Shown: positions 19,558 through 29,729, counted from the first letter of the stretch. The stretch: 64,000 bases of DNA from an uncultured Acetatifactor sp. (GCA_947625255.1 CANQNT010000014.1:5977-69976); one strand, 5' to 3'. The notes: generated by a model from the letters alone, not told the origin. Numbers and translations are program-made.

Positions 19558-22077
19558 TTATCTGCTCTCATTGACGAAAATCTGCACCCTGCTCTGGATG
19601 ATATGCGCCACTTCCTCCGCGCTCTTCTGTCCGCTAAAGAACGGCGCCGTTTCCTCCTGAATGATATCCAAGATATCCTGATTATAATAAGCAAGCCGGT
19701 CAACAGATTCTATAAAGTTCAGCATCTCGTCAACCTCTTCCTGGGTAGATGGAGGAATGATCACATCTTCATCATTGAAGTAATAGGTATCGTCATAATA
19801 CTCGCGATTACCGTCCTCGTCTTCCCAATAAGGTCTTTCCGTAGCTTCCTGGGCCACCTCCAGCAAACACTTTTTGTCCACCGGGAACCCGTAATTCGAC
19901 TTCATTTGCTCCTGATATTCATCACCCAAATAGTACCGCACAAACTCCCATGCGCCATCCAGCGCCACACTTCTGGACGAAAGAGCGAAAAGCATATTGC
20001 CGCTGACCACGGAACCGCTTCCCTCCTCCGTCGGGAAACCGATACAGGTGATATCTTCTCCAAACTGAGCGTACTGTATCCGATGCCAGCTGCGGAAATT
20101 GTACAAAGTCATAGGCATCAGCAAGGTCCTGTTTTCCCGATACTGGGTCTCATACATACTCCAGTCGTAGTCGTCGTCATAATTAATTTCCTCGGGCAAT
20201 GTCTTGGCGAATTCCATCAGATTCATAAATTCCTCTGACTCAAAATGACATTCTCCCGTAGACTGATCCACAAACTGCGTACCACAAAACTGAAGGATAG
20301 AGTTAAAGAACGACCCTCTGGTCATATCACCGTAAGCCACGGTTCCCTCCGGCAAAGATGCCATCACCTCATTGAACTGTTCCGTATTCCATTCCGTCCG
20401 ACCGCCCAGCAAAGACGTTTTCGCCGCCCAGGTATTGATGGTAAAGCTGGGAACGACATAATACAAGGTTCCATCGATGGAATAGGCGTCAAACACATTC
20501 TGCAGGAATTCTTTCTGGGACAGTTCCCCGTCCTTCTCCAACAGCGCGCCAACATCCGCGATCAAGCCTTTTGCAATGTAGTTTTCCACCGGAATGTTTC
20601 CGTCCACCACCAGAATATCCGGCATATTGCCCGAAATGATATCATTATTCAGCTGCGTATATCCGGCCATATAATCATCCATGGTCTCATACTGGGAATA
20701 ATCCTTTACTGTGATGCGGTAGCGTTCATTGGTCTTATTAAAATCAACGATCTGTCTGCGGATATTGCTGTTCAGGTATTCACAGCCCAGAATCAGCACA
20801 ACCTTGTCCGGAATATCCTCGGGATTGACCTTGTTAAAGACCGCTACCACCGTATTATAATCCTCATCATAATAGGTGCCCGCGAAATGCTCCTTGTCAA
20901 TAAAGCATAAATTATTCAGCCAGGAAACGGACAAGTCAGAATTCACAAAGCTCATAACCTGCTCGATCTCACCGGCGCTTTCGTTGTAAGTAAAGATGCC
21001 GTTGTTGTTGGCAAGCATCATACTGCCATCCGCCCCGCCATACATACTATAATACATGACGTTATCCGGAAGCGGTACCTTTTCGGATATGGTACCCGTC
21101 TTGGGATCAAAAACACTGTAGAACATTTTGGTGTACTCATTATTATAAGTGACAAACGTCATCGTGCCATCGCTATTCATAAAGCTGGTGGACAAATTCT
21201 CAATATCGAGAGACGCGGTATCCAGTTCCTTGGACTGCTGCAGAACGCCATCCTCGCCAATCATAAGGACTCGATAAGACTGTCCCTGCATAATGACGGT
21301 GGCAACGCCATCTTCTCCCACACTCAGACTGCTCACATAACTATACTCATCCTCAGGAATATCCTCATCCAGGGGAACTTTCCACTTCTCCTTACCGTCC
21401 ATCCCCCAACAGACCAAATAGATGTTTTCCTCATAGATCGGATTGTCCGGATCAGAATAGTCATTAAAATTAACCGTCTGGACCCCATAAAGCAGTCCAT
21501 TCAGGCCGACGCCAATTCTATTATACCAGAAATTAGTGTTCTCATCGCTCTCCTCCATCTCCAGATCATAAACCTGCAGATTGCCGCCGTCCAAATCCAT
21601 GCTCAAAAGCTTGTTTACTAAGACAGGGGGCACATACTCTTCCACTGCGTCGACGGGAATCTCATGGGCGGCGACACCGACAGCGGCCATCACATCCTGC
21701 GTATCACCCTCCGTCTCAGTACCATCCTCCGCATCATCACCCTCCGTCTCAGTACCATCCTCCCCATCATCCCCGTTCGTCTCAGGATAAATATAGGACT
21801 CTGTAACTATGTAAAGCTTGCCGGCCGCATAGGACATTCCCTGGATGTAATAATCATCTCCCAGCTCCTCTGACGGCAATGAAATCTCATTGCCGTGGAA
21901 AACAAACTGTTTCGCCAGACCCACGTTGGGATTGTTTTTCCCGCCGGACGGAATGGACGCGTTGCCGTCCGGTCCGTTTCCCGATTCATCTCCACCCTTA
22001 CCGCAGGCGGCCAGGCCAAGCACCATCACCACTGCCAATAAGAGAGAAATGATTTTTTTCCATGAACCCTTCTTCAT
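19558..22077 (-). CDS. Large extracellular solute-binding lipoprotein (839 aa; CUT1-type C-terminal SBP domain)
   Basis: Lipobox LAAC. C-terminal half has DFNKTNERYRI, GNMPDIL, IGFPT and GAWEFVRY, typical of SBP family 1. Confidence 0.8.
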   Translation of the reverse strand: MKKGSWKKIISLLLAVVMVLGLAACGKGGDESGNGPDGNASIPSGGKNNPNVGLAKQFVFHGNEISLPSEELGDDYYIQGMSYAAGKLYIVTESYIYPETNGDDGEDGTETEGDDAEDGTETEGDTQDVMAAVGVAAHEIPVDAVEEYVPPVLVNKLLSMDLDGGNLQVYDLEMEESDENTNFWYNRIGVGLNGLLYGVQTVNFNDYSDPDNPIYEENIYLVCWGMDGKEKWKVPLDEDIPEDEYSYVSSLSVGEDGVATVIMQGQSYRVLMIGEDGVLQQSKELDTASLDIENLSTSFMNSDGTMTFVTYNNEYTKMFYSVFDPKTGTISEKVPLPDNVMYYSMYGGADGSMMLANNNGIFTYNESAGEIEQVMSFVNSDLSVSWLNNLCFIDKEHFAGTYYDEDYNTVVAVFNKVNPEDIPDKVVLILGCEYLNSNIRRQIVDFNKTNERYRITVKDYSQYETMDDYMAGYTQLNNDIISGNMPDILVVDGNIPVENYIAKGLIADVGALLEKDGELSQKEFLQNVFDAYSIDGTLYYVVPSFTINTWAAKTSLLGGRTEWNTEQFNEVMASLPEGTVAYGDMTRGSFFNSILQFCGTQFVDQSTGECHFESEEFMNLMEFAKTLPEEINYDDDYDWSMYETQYRENRTLLMPMTLYNFRSWHRIQYAQFGEDITCIGFPTEEGSGSVVSGNMLFALSSRSVALDGAWEFVRYYLGDEYQEQMKSNYGFPVDKKCLLEVAQEATERPYWEDEDGNREYYDDTYYFNDEDVIIPPSTQEEVDEMLNFIESVDRLAYYNQDILDIIQEETAPFFSGQKSAEEVAHIIQSRVQIFVNESR
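21703..21768. repeat. Two tandem 33-bp copies encoding GDD(G/A)EDGTETE
   Basis: ATCACCCTCCGTCTCAGTACCATCCTCC(G/C)CATC x2. Confidence 0.85.
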
Positions 22078-23201
22078 TGAAACTCCTCCTCATCATCAAA
22101 TCTGTCTTTATACTTCTTCCTGCGTTTTCTGCGCGCCCGCGCCTTATCCATCTGTCTCTGAGCCTTGTCAGTCAACGCCATGTAAACGCTCCTGGCCGTC
22201 CAGGTCTTATGCTTCCACCAAAGGACGATCGCGATCAATACCAGGACTGTTGGATAAACCAGAAAAACCATTGCCCAAAGCGTGAGCACCCCCACAATGT
22301 CTTCATATCCCCTGGCGATATTTTCCCAATAAGGATAAATAATCGCCTTACCGCTCATGGAACGCACGCCAAAGGACATAATCAATTTAAACCGTTCTGC
22401 CAGATCATACCTTGTGGTGTTTTCCACCACTACTCTGTCCGCCTCGCTCACTCCGATATGGTCACTCACATAATTATAAGCAAACTTCTTGACCGGATTG
22501 GGCATGACCACCTCGTAATGATTGATCCCGTTGTTGGTGCCGTACTTCTGCAGCGTATCATAGGACACATACACGATGGAAGAATCCAGTCCCGCCGCCT
22601 CTTGAAGCCGCCCTTCCTCTCTATGTACCACGCCGGCTACCACATGAGGCCTTCCCCCGATAGATACGATCATTCCCGCTATGTTGTTAGAGCCGAAGAG
22701 CTGCCAGGCACCCACCTCGTCCAGAATGCAGTAATCGCTGTTTAAATCACTCTCCGAGAAATAAGCGCCATCCAAAAGCTGCAAGGGGTGAAAGAGGAAA
22801 AAGTCCCCGCCGACCCCAAGAGCGTTGGCAGTAAGATTGCCTCTGTCGCTCACCACTGTGATCCGTCCGCCGGCACTGTAAGCGTCCGCCCAAAGCCTGG
22901 CAGACGCGTTCGGGGAATCCTGTACCACGGAAGCCTCCTGCAGGCCTCCGTCAATGGAGTGCCGAAACGCCTCCAGCGTATCCAACGAAACATTGGCATT
23001 TTGGGAAAAAAAGCAGCTGATCTGCGCCATCTCTCCATTCTCACCCCAACGTTCGGCCATTTGCTGCGAAACCTGCTGTCCTATCATCAGCTGCGCCATT
23101 CCCAACAGCAGCAGACATACCATAAGGGAAAGAAAACCGCTGATTCCCAAAACCATCTGCCTGACAGACAAGGAATGTAAGAATTTCTTCATATTCATCA
23201 A
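22074..23201 (-). CDS. MacB-like periplasmic-core protein with only two TMs (truncated permease)
   Basis: N-terminal TM, GVGGDFFLFHPL..G..F..D, CILDEVGAWQLFGSNNIAG (MacB PCD-like), one C-terminal TM and a basic tail. Confidence 0.72.
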   Translation of the reverse strand: MMNMKKFLHSLSVRQMVLGISGFLSLMVCLLLLGMAQLMIGQQVSQQMAERWGENGEMAQISCFFSQNANVSLDTLEAFRHSIDGGLQEASVVQDSPNASARLWADAYSAGGRITVVSDRGNLTANALGVGGDFFLFHPLQLLDGAYFSESDLNSDYCILDEVGAWQLFGSNNIAGMIVSIGGRPHVVAGVVHREEGRLQEAAGLDSSIVYVSYDTLQKYGTNNGINHYEVVMPNPVKKFAYNYVSDHIGVSEADRVVVENTTRYDLAERFKLIMSFGVRSMSGKAIIYPYWENIARGYEDIVGVLTLWAMVFLVYPTVLVLIAIVLWWKHKTWTARSVYMALTDKAQRQMDKARARRKRRKKYKDRFDDEEEFQ

Positions 23202-23206
23202 CCTTT

Positions 23207-25063
23207 CTAGTTATCAGCCAGTCTCACTAATTGTCCCGCCGTCACCGGCTTGTCAGAAGTGGTAATCACGTAACTGCTATATGTATACAAGGCTCCCGTA
23301 ACCGCGGACTGTGTATCATCACTGGCTACCACTTCCACGTCCACGCGGACCGCGGTGTATCTGGTCCCCAGCGGGCTGGACTTGGATTCCACCTGAAGCA
23401 CAAAGGTACCGTTGCTGTCTTCACGGATCGCGCTGTTAGGAACCACCATGTCGTAATTGGCGCTTCTGTCGCCTACAGACACGCTTAAGCTCTGCCCCGC
23501 GGTAACATCGCCCTCCACGTCAAACACCAAAAGCCTGTTGGTGGACGGGTTCTGGGGATCAGGGCGAATGGCAGACAACGTAATTGTCATGTCCCCGTAT
23601 CTCCAGGAGTTGACCAGATCGGCCTGAATCCCGGGATTCAATTGCCGCGCCTGGTCGTTGGTGACGCTGAAGCTCATGGTAAAGCCCGCGCCCTCAGGCA
23701 GCATGGTTGCGATAGCACTGCCTGCCGTGGTGTCATTGCCGGCAACAATGTTAATATTGGAAATGGTTCCGGAAATCGGCGCTTCAATCGTCAAGCCAAG
23801 AGCATTCTCCTCTTCCTTACGCACAACCTCCATCTGCTCCGATACTTCTTCCTGCCGCTGCGCCACGTCCTCACGAAGATTGGCAATCTCCTTACGGATC
23901 GCGTTCATCCCACGGGTGGGATCGCTCATGTCCATCTCCCAGGAAATATCCGCCAGCAGCTGTGCCTTGGCCTCCCTGGCATCTTCCAGGGCCTTATTCT
24001 TCTCATCCAGTTCCAGACGCATATTGCTAATGTTCACCGCGATAGAATTCTTGTGGTTCTCTACAGAATTGCGCGCGTCCTCCAGCGCCTTAACGGCATC
24101 GCTGTATTCCTTATATTTCTTATCGTAAGCCTCCTTGGCCTCCTTGTTGTCCACGATCTTCTGCTGCTCTCTTTTCAGCTCGTTGTATCGGTCCAGATTG
24201 GCCTTGGCCAGCTCGAAATCCTCATCGGAAACACTGTAAATGGGAATCGCGTCGCCGCCGGACACTTCCTGCCAGCCCACGATCCGTCCCTCATTTCTTT
24301 CAGCGATGGTGGCCTCATATTCCGCGATTCTTTCATTGTACTGGCTGATTTTATCCAGGGCGTTCTTCACCGGATCAGCGTTCAGTTCCCTTTCGGCCTT
24401 ATTTAACCGATCCTGCTGTTCATTGGTATCCGGGAAAGCGTAATTGAGCTGATTGTTTAAGGTGTCCAGCTGGGAAATCTGCAGATTCAGATCATCCACG
24501 GCCTTCTGGTACTTGGCCACCTCCGCATCCGCCGCGTCAATCCGGCTCTGATACTCCGCCATGGAAGCGGATACACCGTTCTGAGCGTTCTGGATCGCTT
24601 CCTGGGAATGGGTGGTGTCTGAAAGCCCCAGGATCTCTTTCTGCAGACTAATCATCGCGGAACTCAACTCGTCATACTTCGCATTCAGACTGTCCTTGGC
24701 CGTTTCCAGCGCCTCTTCTCTGGTCTTTAGTTCGTTCTTGACCGCCTCCAGCTCAGTGCTCTCCTTTTCGCTCATCAGGAACAGAGGATCGCCCTTCTGC
24801 ACCACATCGCCTTCCCGGACCAGAACGCTTTCCACCTTACGGGTCTCGTTCACCTTGATCTCATAAGGATCATCACTTTCCACTGTGCCCGTACCGCGGA
24901 TCTGCGCCGTGATGCTTCCGGACTGCACATACTTCACCGCCACCTCCGGCAGCGAATAGTTCATAATCGTGTTGGAGAAAAAAGTCAGAAGCAACATCAC
25001 CGTCAGGAAAATGATGGCCGCGTTTTTTACCCATTCTCTTCTCTTGTTTCCATTCTCGTTCAT
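23207..25063 (-). CDS. HlyD/RND-type membrane fusion (adaptor) protein with long coiled coil
   Basis: N-terminal TM, split lipoyl motifs VLVREGDVVQKGDPL and IEAPISGTISNINIVAG, VVPNSAIRED membrane-proximal motif. Confidence 0.85.
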   Translation of the reverse strand: MNENGNKRREWVKNAAIIFLTVMLLLTFFSNTIMNYSLPEVAVKYVQSGSITAQIRGTGTVESDDPYEIKVNETRKVESVLVREGDVVQKGDPLFLMSEKESTELEAVKNELKTREEALETAKDSLNAKYDELSSAMISLQKEILGLSDTTHSQEAIQNAQNGVSASMAEYQSRIDAADAEVAKYQKAVDDLNLQISQLDTLNNQLNYAFPDTNEQQDRLNKAERELNADPVKNALDKISQYNERIAEYEATIAERNEGRIVGWQEVSGGDAIPIYSVSDEDFELAKANLDRYNELKREQQKIVDNKEAKEAYDKKYKEYSDAVKALEDARNSVENHKNSIAVNISNMRLELDEKNKALEDAREAKAQLLADISWEMDMSDPTRGMNAIRKEIANLREDVAQRQEEVSEQMEVVRKEEENALGLTIEAPISGTISNINIVAGNDTTAGSAIATMLPEGAGFTMSFSVTNDQARQLNPGIQADLVNSWRYGDMTITLSAIRPDPQNPSTNRLLVFDVEGDVTAGQSLSVSVGDRSANYDMVVPNSAIREDSNGTFVLQVESKSSPLGTRYTAVRVDVEVVASDDTQSAVTGALYTYSSYVITTSDKPVTAGQLVRLADN

Positions 25064-25080
25064 AATCTTTTCATCCTCTC

Positions 25081-26031
25081 CTATCCTTTTAAACCGCCCT
25101 GAGACGTGATTCCATCCACCAGATATTCTTCACCGTAAAGGAACACCAACAGAGTAGGCACCATGTAAATGGTCGCCACCGCAAAGGCCAGACCGATTTC
25201 TCCCTCATTGATCCTGCTTAAGAATACCGACAAGGGGTGCGTTTCCGAATCCGACAACAAGATCAAAGGCTGTTCCACCATGTTCCAATAATCGATAAAT
25301 ACCAGAATGGCCGCCGAGCAGAGCGTTCCCCTGCACAGAGGCAGACAGATTCTCCGGTAAATCTGCCATTCTCCCGCGCCGTCGATCTGCGCGGCTTCAA
25401 TGGTCGAAACCGGAATCCTGCGCATGAACTTCGTCAGTAAAAAGACCGCGAAAGGAGAGAAAATTCCAGGCAGCCATATGGCCCATTTCGTATCCAACAG
25501 ATTCAGCCAGTCCGAAACCAGATAGTTCGGCACCAGTGTGACCTGATAAGGCATCAGCATCAATATTATGTATACAAAGAAAATGATCTCCCGCAGCCGC
25601 CCGCGGTATCTGGCAAACCCATAGGACGCCAGCGAGGCCACGATCAGCTGGAACAGCACGATAGGTCCAACCAGAATCACGGAATTCCAAAACTTTAACA
25701 GGTATTGGGGACTCCGAAGCAGCACCGTGGCATACTGACTGAAAGATACCATGTCCGGGATGAACTTCAGGTTCACTTTTTCCGAAACAAAGACCCTGCC
25801 GCCCGAGTCGGAGCTTGCGAAAACGGAACCATAATTGGCCGAAATCTCCGCGGAACCCATGAACGAATTAGTGATGGTCAATACGATCGGCATCAGAAAC
25901 AGAAAAGCGAACACGGCTGCCAGAAGCGTCGCCGCCAATATCTTCGTCGTTTTCCACAAGTGCTTTCCCCTGATCCTGCCCTTGGTATACTTGCGGTCGA
26001 TGGCATCCTTCTTAGGGCGTTTCCCGCTCAT
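25081..26031 (-). CDS. Carbohydrate (CUT1) ABC permease, MalG-like
   Basis: KFWNSVIL, ASYGFARY, MLMPYQVTLVPNY, EAAQIDGAGEWQIY, WNMVEQPLI. Confidence 0.9.
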   Translation of the reverse strand: MSGKRPKKDAIDRKYTKGRIRGKHLWKTTKILAATLLAAVFAFLFLMPIVLTITNSFMGSAEISANYGSVFASSDSGGRVFVSEKVNLKFIPDMVSFSQYATVLLRSPQYLLKFWNSVILVGPIVLFQLIVASLASYGFARYRGRLREIIFFVYIILMLMPYQVTLVPNYLVSDWLNLLDTKWAIWLPGIFSPFAVFLLTKFMRRIPVSTIEAAQIDGAGEWQIYRRICLPLCRGTLCSAAILVFIDYWNMVEQPLILLSDSETHPLSVFLSRINEGEIGLAFAVATIYMVPTLLVFLYGEEYLVDGITSQGGLKG

Positions 26032-26981
26032 CCTTCCACATCCTTTCCGAACCGGTCTTCCACGAGAAACAGAATCCCGATAATTACAATCATGACCAAA
26101 GACATCAGTATGGCCGCGGCTGACAGTCTCTGGTAATCAAGCGACGCAAACGCATTGTTCATCAAATGCTGCATCATATAGATGGTATCGTAAGGGTGAT
26201 CTCCGGTCAACAGGTAAATCTCCCGGAACACCTTAAAGGAACTGATCAGGGACATGATCGTCACGAACAAAAAGGTAGAGGACAAGTATCTGGTCTTAAT
26301 GTGGATGAAAATCTGCCAGGGAGAAGCGCTCTCCAGCTTCGCCACCTCTATGATATCCCTGGGAATGCTCCCCAGGGCCGCCATGAACAAAATCATGTTA
26401 TAGCCCAGATTCTTCCACAGAAACAAAATCACAATCACAATCTGGGAATAACCGGACTTGAGCCAGTCGATCTTGGACCCTCCAAACGCCATGAGCACCT
26501 CATTTATGGCGCCGTTAAAATCGAACATCACGCGCCAGATCAGCACGATGGACGCCACCGGCACCATCATGGGGCTTAAGAAAAAGGTCCGAAACTGACT
26601 CTTAAAAGGAATCTTTGCGTCCAGCAGCAGGGCCAGAAGCAAAGACAAGATCACAGCCAGCGGAACCGACACCACGGAAAAACCCAGCGTGTTGGAAACG
26701 GCTGTTTTAAAGGAAAGATTATTCAATAATCTATTGAAATTATACAAACCCACGAAATTCCCGCTGATAGGATTATCCACCATAGAGTAATAAATGATGA
26801 CAAAAAACGGGAGAATGAAAAATGCCATCACCCCCAAAAAACTGGGCGCAATATACAAACTGGACACCACCTGCGTTTTACGCCTTGTCTTCGTCATCCT
26901 ATTGCCGCGCTTCTTTAAAAGCCTGATCTGCTTTTTCTCGGCACGCAGCGCCTTTCGTTCCTCTTTACCGCTCTTCTTCAC
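26028..26981 (-). CDS. Carbohydrate (CUT1) ABC permease, MalF-like
   Basis: APSFLG, FVGLYNF, FFLSPMMVP, WKNLGYNMILFMAAL, EVAKLESAS. GTG start chosen from the GGAGG RBS; could be further downstream. Confidence 0.88.
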   Translation of the reverse strand: MKKSGKEERKALRAEKKQIRLLKKRGNRMTKTRRKTQVVSSLYIAPSFLGVMAFFILPFFVIIYYSMVDNPISGNFVGLYNFNRLLNNLSFKTAVSNTLGFSVVSVPLAVILSLLLALLLDAKIPFKSQFRTFFLSPMMVPVASIVLIWRVMFDFNGAINEVLMAFGGSKIDWLKSGYSQIVIVILFLWKNLGYNMILFMAALGSIPRDIIEVAKLESASPWQIFIHIKTRYLSSTFLFVTIMSLISSFKVFREIYLLTGDHPYDTIYMMQHLMNNAFASLDYQRLSAAAILMSLVMIVIIGILFLVEDRFGKDVEG

Positions 26982-27130
26982 CAAGGTTTCACACCCTCCC
27001 GGACATTCCAATCTTCCTTGCCGGACCATCCGCGCAGTTTCCGTGATTCGGCCTGTTTGCTCCGAATCACTCATCCCGCTCCGCCGAAACGTTTCCAACA
27101 AGGTTTCGCAAGGCAACCCCCCACGCGATC

Positions 27131-27174
27131 ATTATATAACAAAACCCCACAAAATGCATCTTAAGATTTTATGA
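27131..27174 (-). promoter_or_regulatory. Promoter with TATAAT -10 and tandem-repeat regulator site
   Basis: Minus strand CTTCA-TAAAAT-CTTAA-GATG, then 20 nt, then TATAAT (27131-27136). Confidence 0.6.
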
Positions 27175-27231
27175 AGAAAAATGCGGTTTTGCTTCCAGCT
27201 TAGCTTCCTTCCCACGCCATCCCATGACAAA

Positions 27232-27272
27232 CGGTCCGGCCCTGCGGACACATTTCCCGCAGGGCCGGACCG
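27232..27272 (-). terminator. Terminator after the 800-aa lipoprotein gene
   Basis: Perfect 16-bp stem CGGTCCGGCCCTGCGG/CCGCAGGGCCGGACCG. Confidence 0.7.
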
Positions 27273-27287
27273 GCCTTCCTAAATTCA

Positions 27288-29690
27288 TCAGCTATTTTCA
27301 CTGATATAGATTTTCACTCTGCTCTGGATGATGCCCGCCACCTCATCCACGGACTTCTGTCCTTGGAAATAAGGTTCCGCTTCCTCCAGAATGATGTCCA
27401 TGACATCATCGTCAAGGCCGCTGGTGCTTACGGGTCTCGCCAAAGAAATCAGTTCCCGCACAGTTTCGATCTCCTCCGGCAGGGGTACATAACTGTACAG
27501 ACGGAAACCGTCCTCACTCTCCGACCATCCAAAGGATTGTCTGGCAGGCTTCCCGTTCTCGTCCAATATGATGTCGCCGTTCTCATCCGTCTCGTAAGGA
27601 TTTCTGGAATCCTCCGAAAGTCCGCTTTCCAGAGCTTCCTTATTGGATTCAAAGCCAAATCCCCATCTGTTGGAACCGTATGCCGACTCTAACACATATT
27701 CGATAAAGGACCACGCGCCCTCCTTATTGGAGGACTTGGAAGCTATGGCCAGGGAATCGCCCGATGGCTGCAGCATACACCCCACGCTTCCGTCCATGGT
27801 AGGATAACCGATATAGGTCACATTTCCCTCTCCGTAAATCTGCTCCGCATCGGTAATGGCGTCCGCCTGATACAGATTCACCTCATAAAGAAGAACCTTT
27901 CCATCCTGAATCTTCTTTCCCGTGGACTGGCCGTCATACTCCTCGTATTCCGCCGGGAAACGATTGACGAATTCCAAAACCTTCTTAAAATCATCGGAAT
28001 CAAAATGACATTCTCCGGTCTCATAGTCGATAAACATTTCCTGGTTAAAGGCAAGGCACATATCCAGCATATCCGACTGAATCATATTGTCAAAAGGCTT
28101 GATGTCGGGATTGGCATCCAACACGGCCATCATTTCATCCAGGGTCCAGCCCATGTCCTCGCCCACCAGGGATTTGGGGCCCGCCACCGTCTGTACGGTA
28201 AAATAGGTGGGAATGCAGACAAGAACTCCGTCATAGGTAAAGGCATCGATAACCGTCTCCACAAAATCTTCCCTGCTCACCTTATCACTGGCATCCAGAT
28301 AGGGCGTCAGATCCTCCAGCGCTCCTTTTCTCACCAAATTGGCAATATTCACATAATAGGAACTCAGGGAATAAATATCGGGCCCGTTTCCGGACGTCAT
28401 CTCATTGTTCATGGCGGTTACGGCACTATCGTAAACTTCCTGATAATTATCCGACGTAATACTGTTGTAATCATAATAAGACTTAATTGCTATGCGGTAT
28501 TTGTCATTCTGCTTATTGAACTGCACTGCCATCTCCTGCAGATCACTTCCGGTACTGAACGTACCAAGCGTGATAAGCTCCCGTTCCGGCATTTCGGATA
28601 CAGCTGTTTTGGTCAAAAGATACATTCCGGAATCATCATCTCCATAGCTGTATGTGACAACGGCGAGCCGTCCGTCCTCCAGAGGCGCGGTAAAGCGTAT
28701 CCGGTTGCCATACAGATCACTGTCCAGCCATTTCAGGATCGTTTTATGAGTCTGGGTGGCACAATCATATTCGTAGACATTGTCCGAATCATACATCATA
28801 AAATCTCCGTCGATTCCCGGCACCAGACAGTCCCCATTGACACTGGGAACATTCTTATAGGAATCTCCCAGCTTTTTGCCCGTATAATCCACGGGAAATA
28901 ACTCATAGCCGTTTTCACCGTACATCATGCAGTAAACCCTGCCGTCCTTACCGGTTCCCAGGGAAGAGATGTAATTTGCCGCATCGATCTTGCCCGCCGC
29001 CTCGCCATTTTCATCAAAAAGGTAAATTCCGGAGTCCATATTGACATACAGGTGATTCTCAGGGTCCGTCGCCGCGCCCTGCACATAGGCATAGCTCTCA
29101 TCCTTGAAAACTTCCGTCAATTCTTTCCAGAACAGCTCGTTCCCCTGACCGTCATATTTAGCCATAAACGTAGGGCTTATCGACATACCGTCCGCGTTCG
29201 TAATCTGCTGGGAATAGTCCATGAAAAAGAAGATCAGATTTCCCTCCGCATCCGGAAGAAAGCGCATCATGCTCAAACTTTCCCCATGCTCAGAATAATC
29301 CACGTTCAAAGGCTCCGCTTCCCCGCCCTCGACCAGATTCACGCGCCAGTAATCCTCATGTGACTCATAGGTCTCCTCGTTCCAAGTATAAACACTGTAA
29401 TAAAGGTAGTTCCCGCTGATCACCGAATCATTCAGGTTCCCGCCCCCCAAGTCAATATTGACGGGCTTCGCCTGGTAGACATAACCGTCAATCCCCAGTG
29501 AAACGGAAGCGGCCTCCTGCGCGCCGTCCGATTTGCCGCCTTCCCTGTCTCCCGAAGAGCCGCAGCCTACAACGGACAGCCCCAGAACCAGACTCAAGGC
29601 AAAAGCCGCCAGGCGTCTGCAGCGCCCACTCCAAAGTGTTCCCCTGCTTCCTTTCATATGCTTCATTTTACCCATCCTTTCTTCCCTCAA
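27288..29690 (-). CDS. Large extracellular solute-binding lipoprotein (800 aa), paralog of 19558-22077
   Basis: Lipobox VVGC, QFNKQNDKYRI, GNGPDIY, IGYPT, GAWSFIEY. Both paralogs end in near-identical IIQSRV sequences. Confidence 0.8.
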   Translation of the reverse strand: MREERMGKMKHMKGSRGTLWSGRCRRLAAFALSLVLGLSVVGCGSSGDREGGKSDGAQEAASVSLGIDGYVYQAKPVNIDLGGGNLNDSVISGNYLYYSVYTWNEETYESHEDYWRVNLVEGGEAEPLNVDYSEHGESLSMMRFLPDAEGNLIFFFMDYSQQITNADGMSISPTFMAKYDGQGNELFWKELTEVFKDESYAYVQGAATDPENHLYVNMDSGIYLFDENGEAAGKIDAANYISSLGTGKDGRVYCMMYGENGYELFPVDYTGKKLGDSYKNVPSVNGDCLVPGIDGDFMMYDSDNVYEYDCATQTHKTILKWLDSDLYGNRIRFTAPLEDGRLAVVTYSYGDDDSGMYLLTKTAVSEMPERELITLGTFSTGSDLQEMAVQFNKQNDKYRIAIKSYYDYNSITSDNYQEVYDSAVTAMNNEMTSGNGPDIYSLSSYYVNIANLVRKGALEDLTPYLDASDKVSREDFVETVIDAFTYDGVLVCIPTYFTVQTVAGPKSLVGEDMGWTLDEMMAVLDANPDIKPFDNMIQSDMLDMCLAFNQEMFIDYETGECHFDSDDFKKVLEFVNRFPAEYEEYDGQSTGKKIQDGKVLLYEVNLYQADAITDAEQIYGEGNVTYIGYPTMDGSVGCMLQPSGDSLAIASKSSNKEGAWSFIEYVLESAYGSNRWGFGFESNKEALESGLSEDSRNPYETDENGDIILDENGKPARQSFGWSESEDGFRLYSYVPLPEEIETVRELISLARPVSTSGLDDDVMDIILEEAEPYFQGQKSVDEVAGIIQSRVKIYISENS

Positions 29691-29729
29691 AAAATTTCTT
29701 TACAGTTCTTTCAACATACCTCACCACCC

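Noticed and set aside
26982-27116. N-terminal extension of the MalF-like permease in the ORF track (similar extensions for rhaD, tsf, GH29, codY, secG, oppF)
   Set aside because: Better RBS-supported starts lie downstream, and the extensions overlap promoter or leader sequence.
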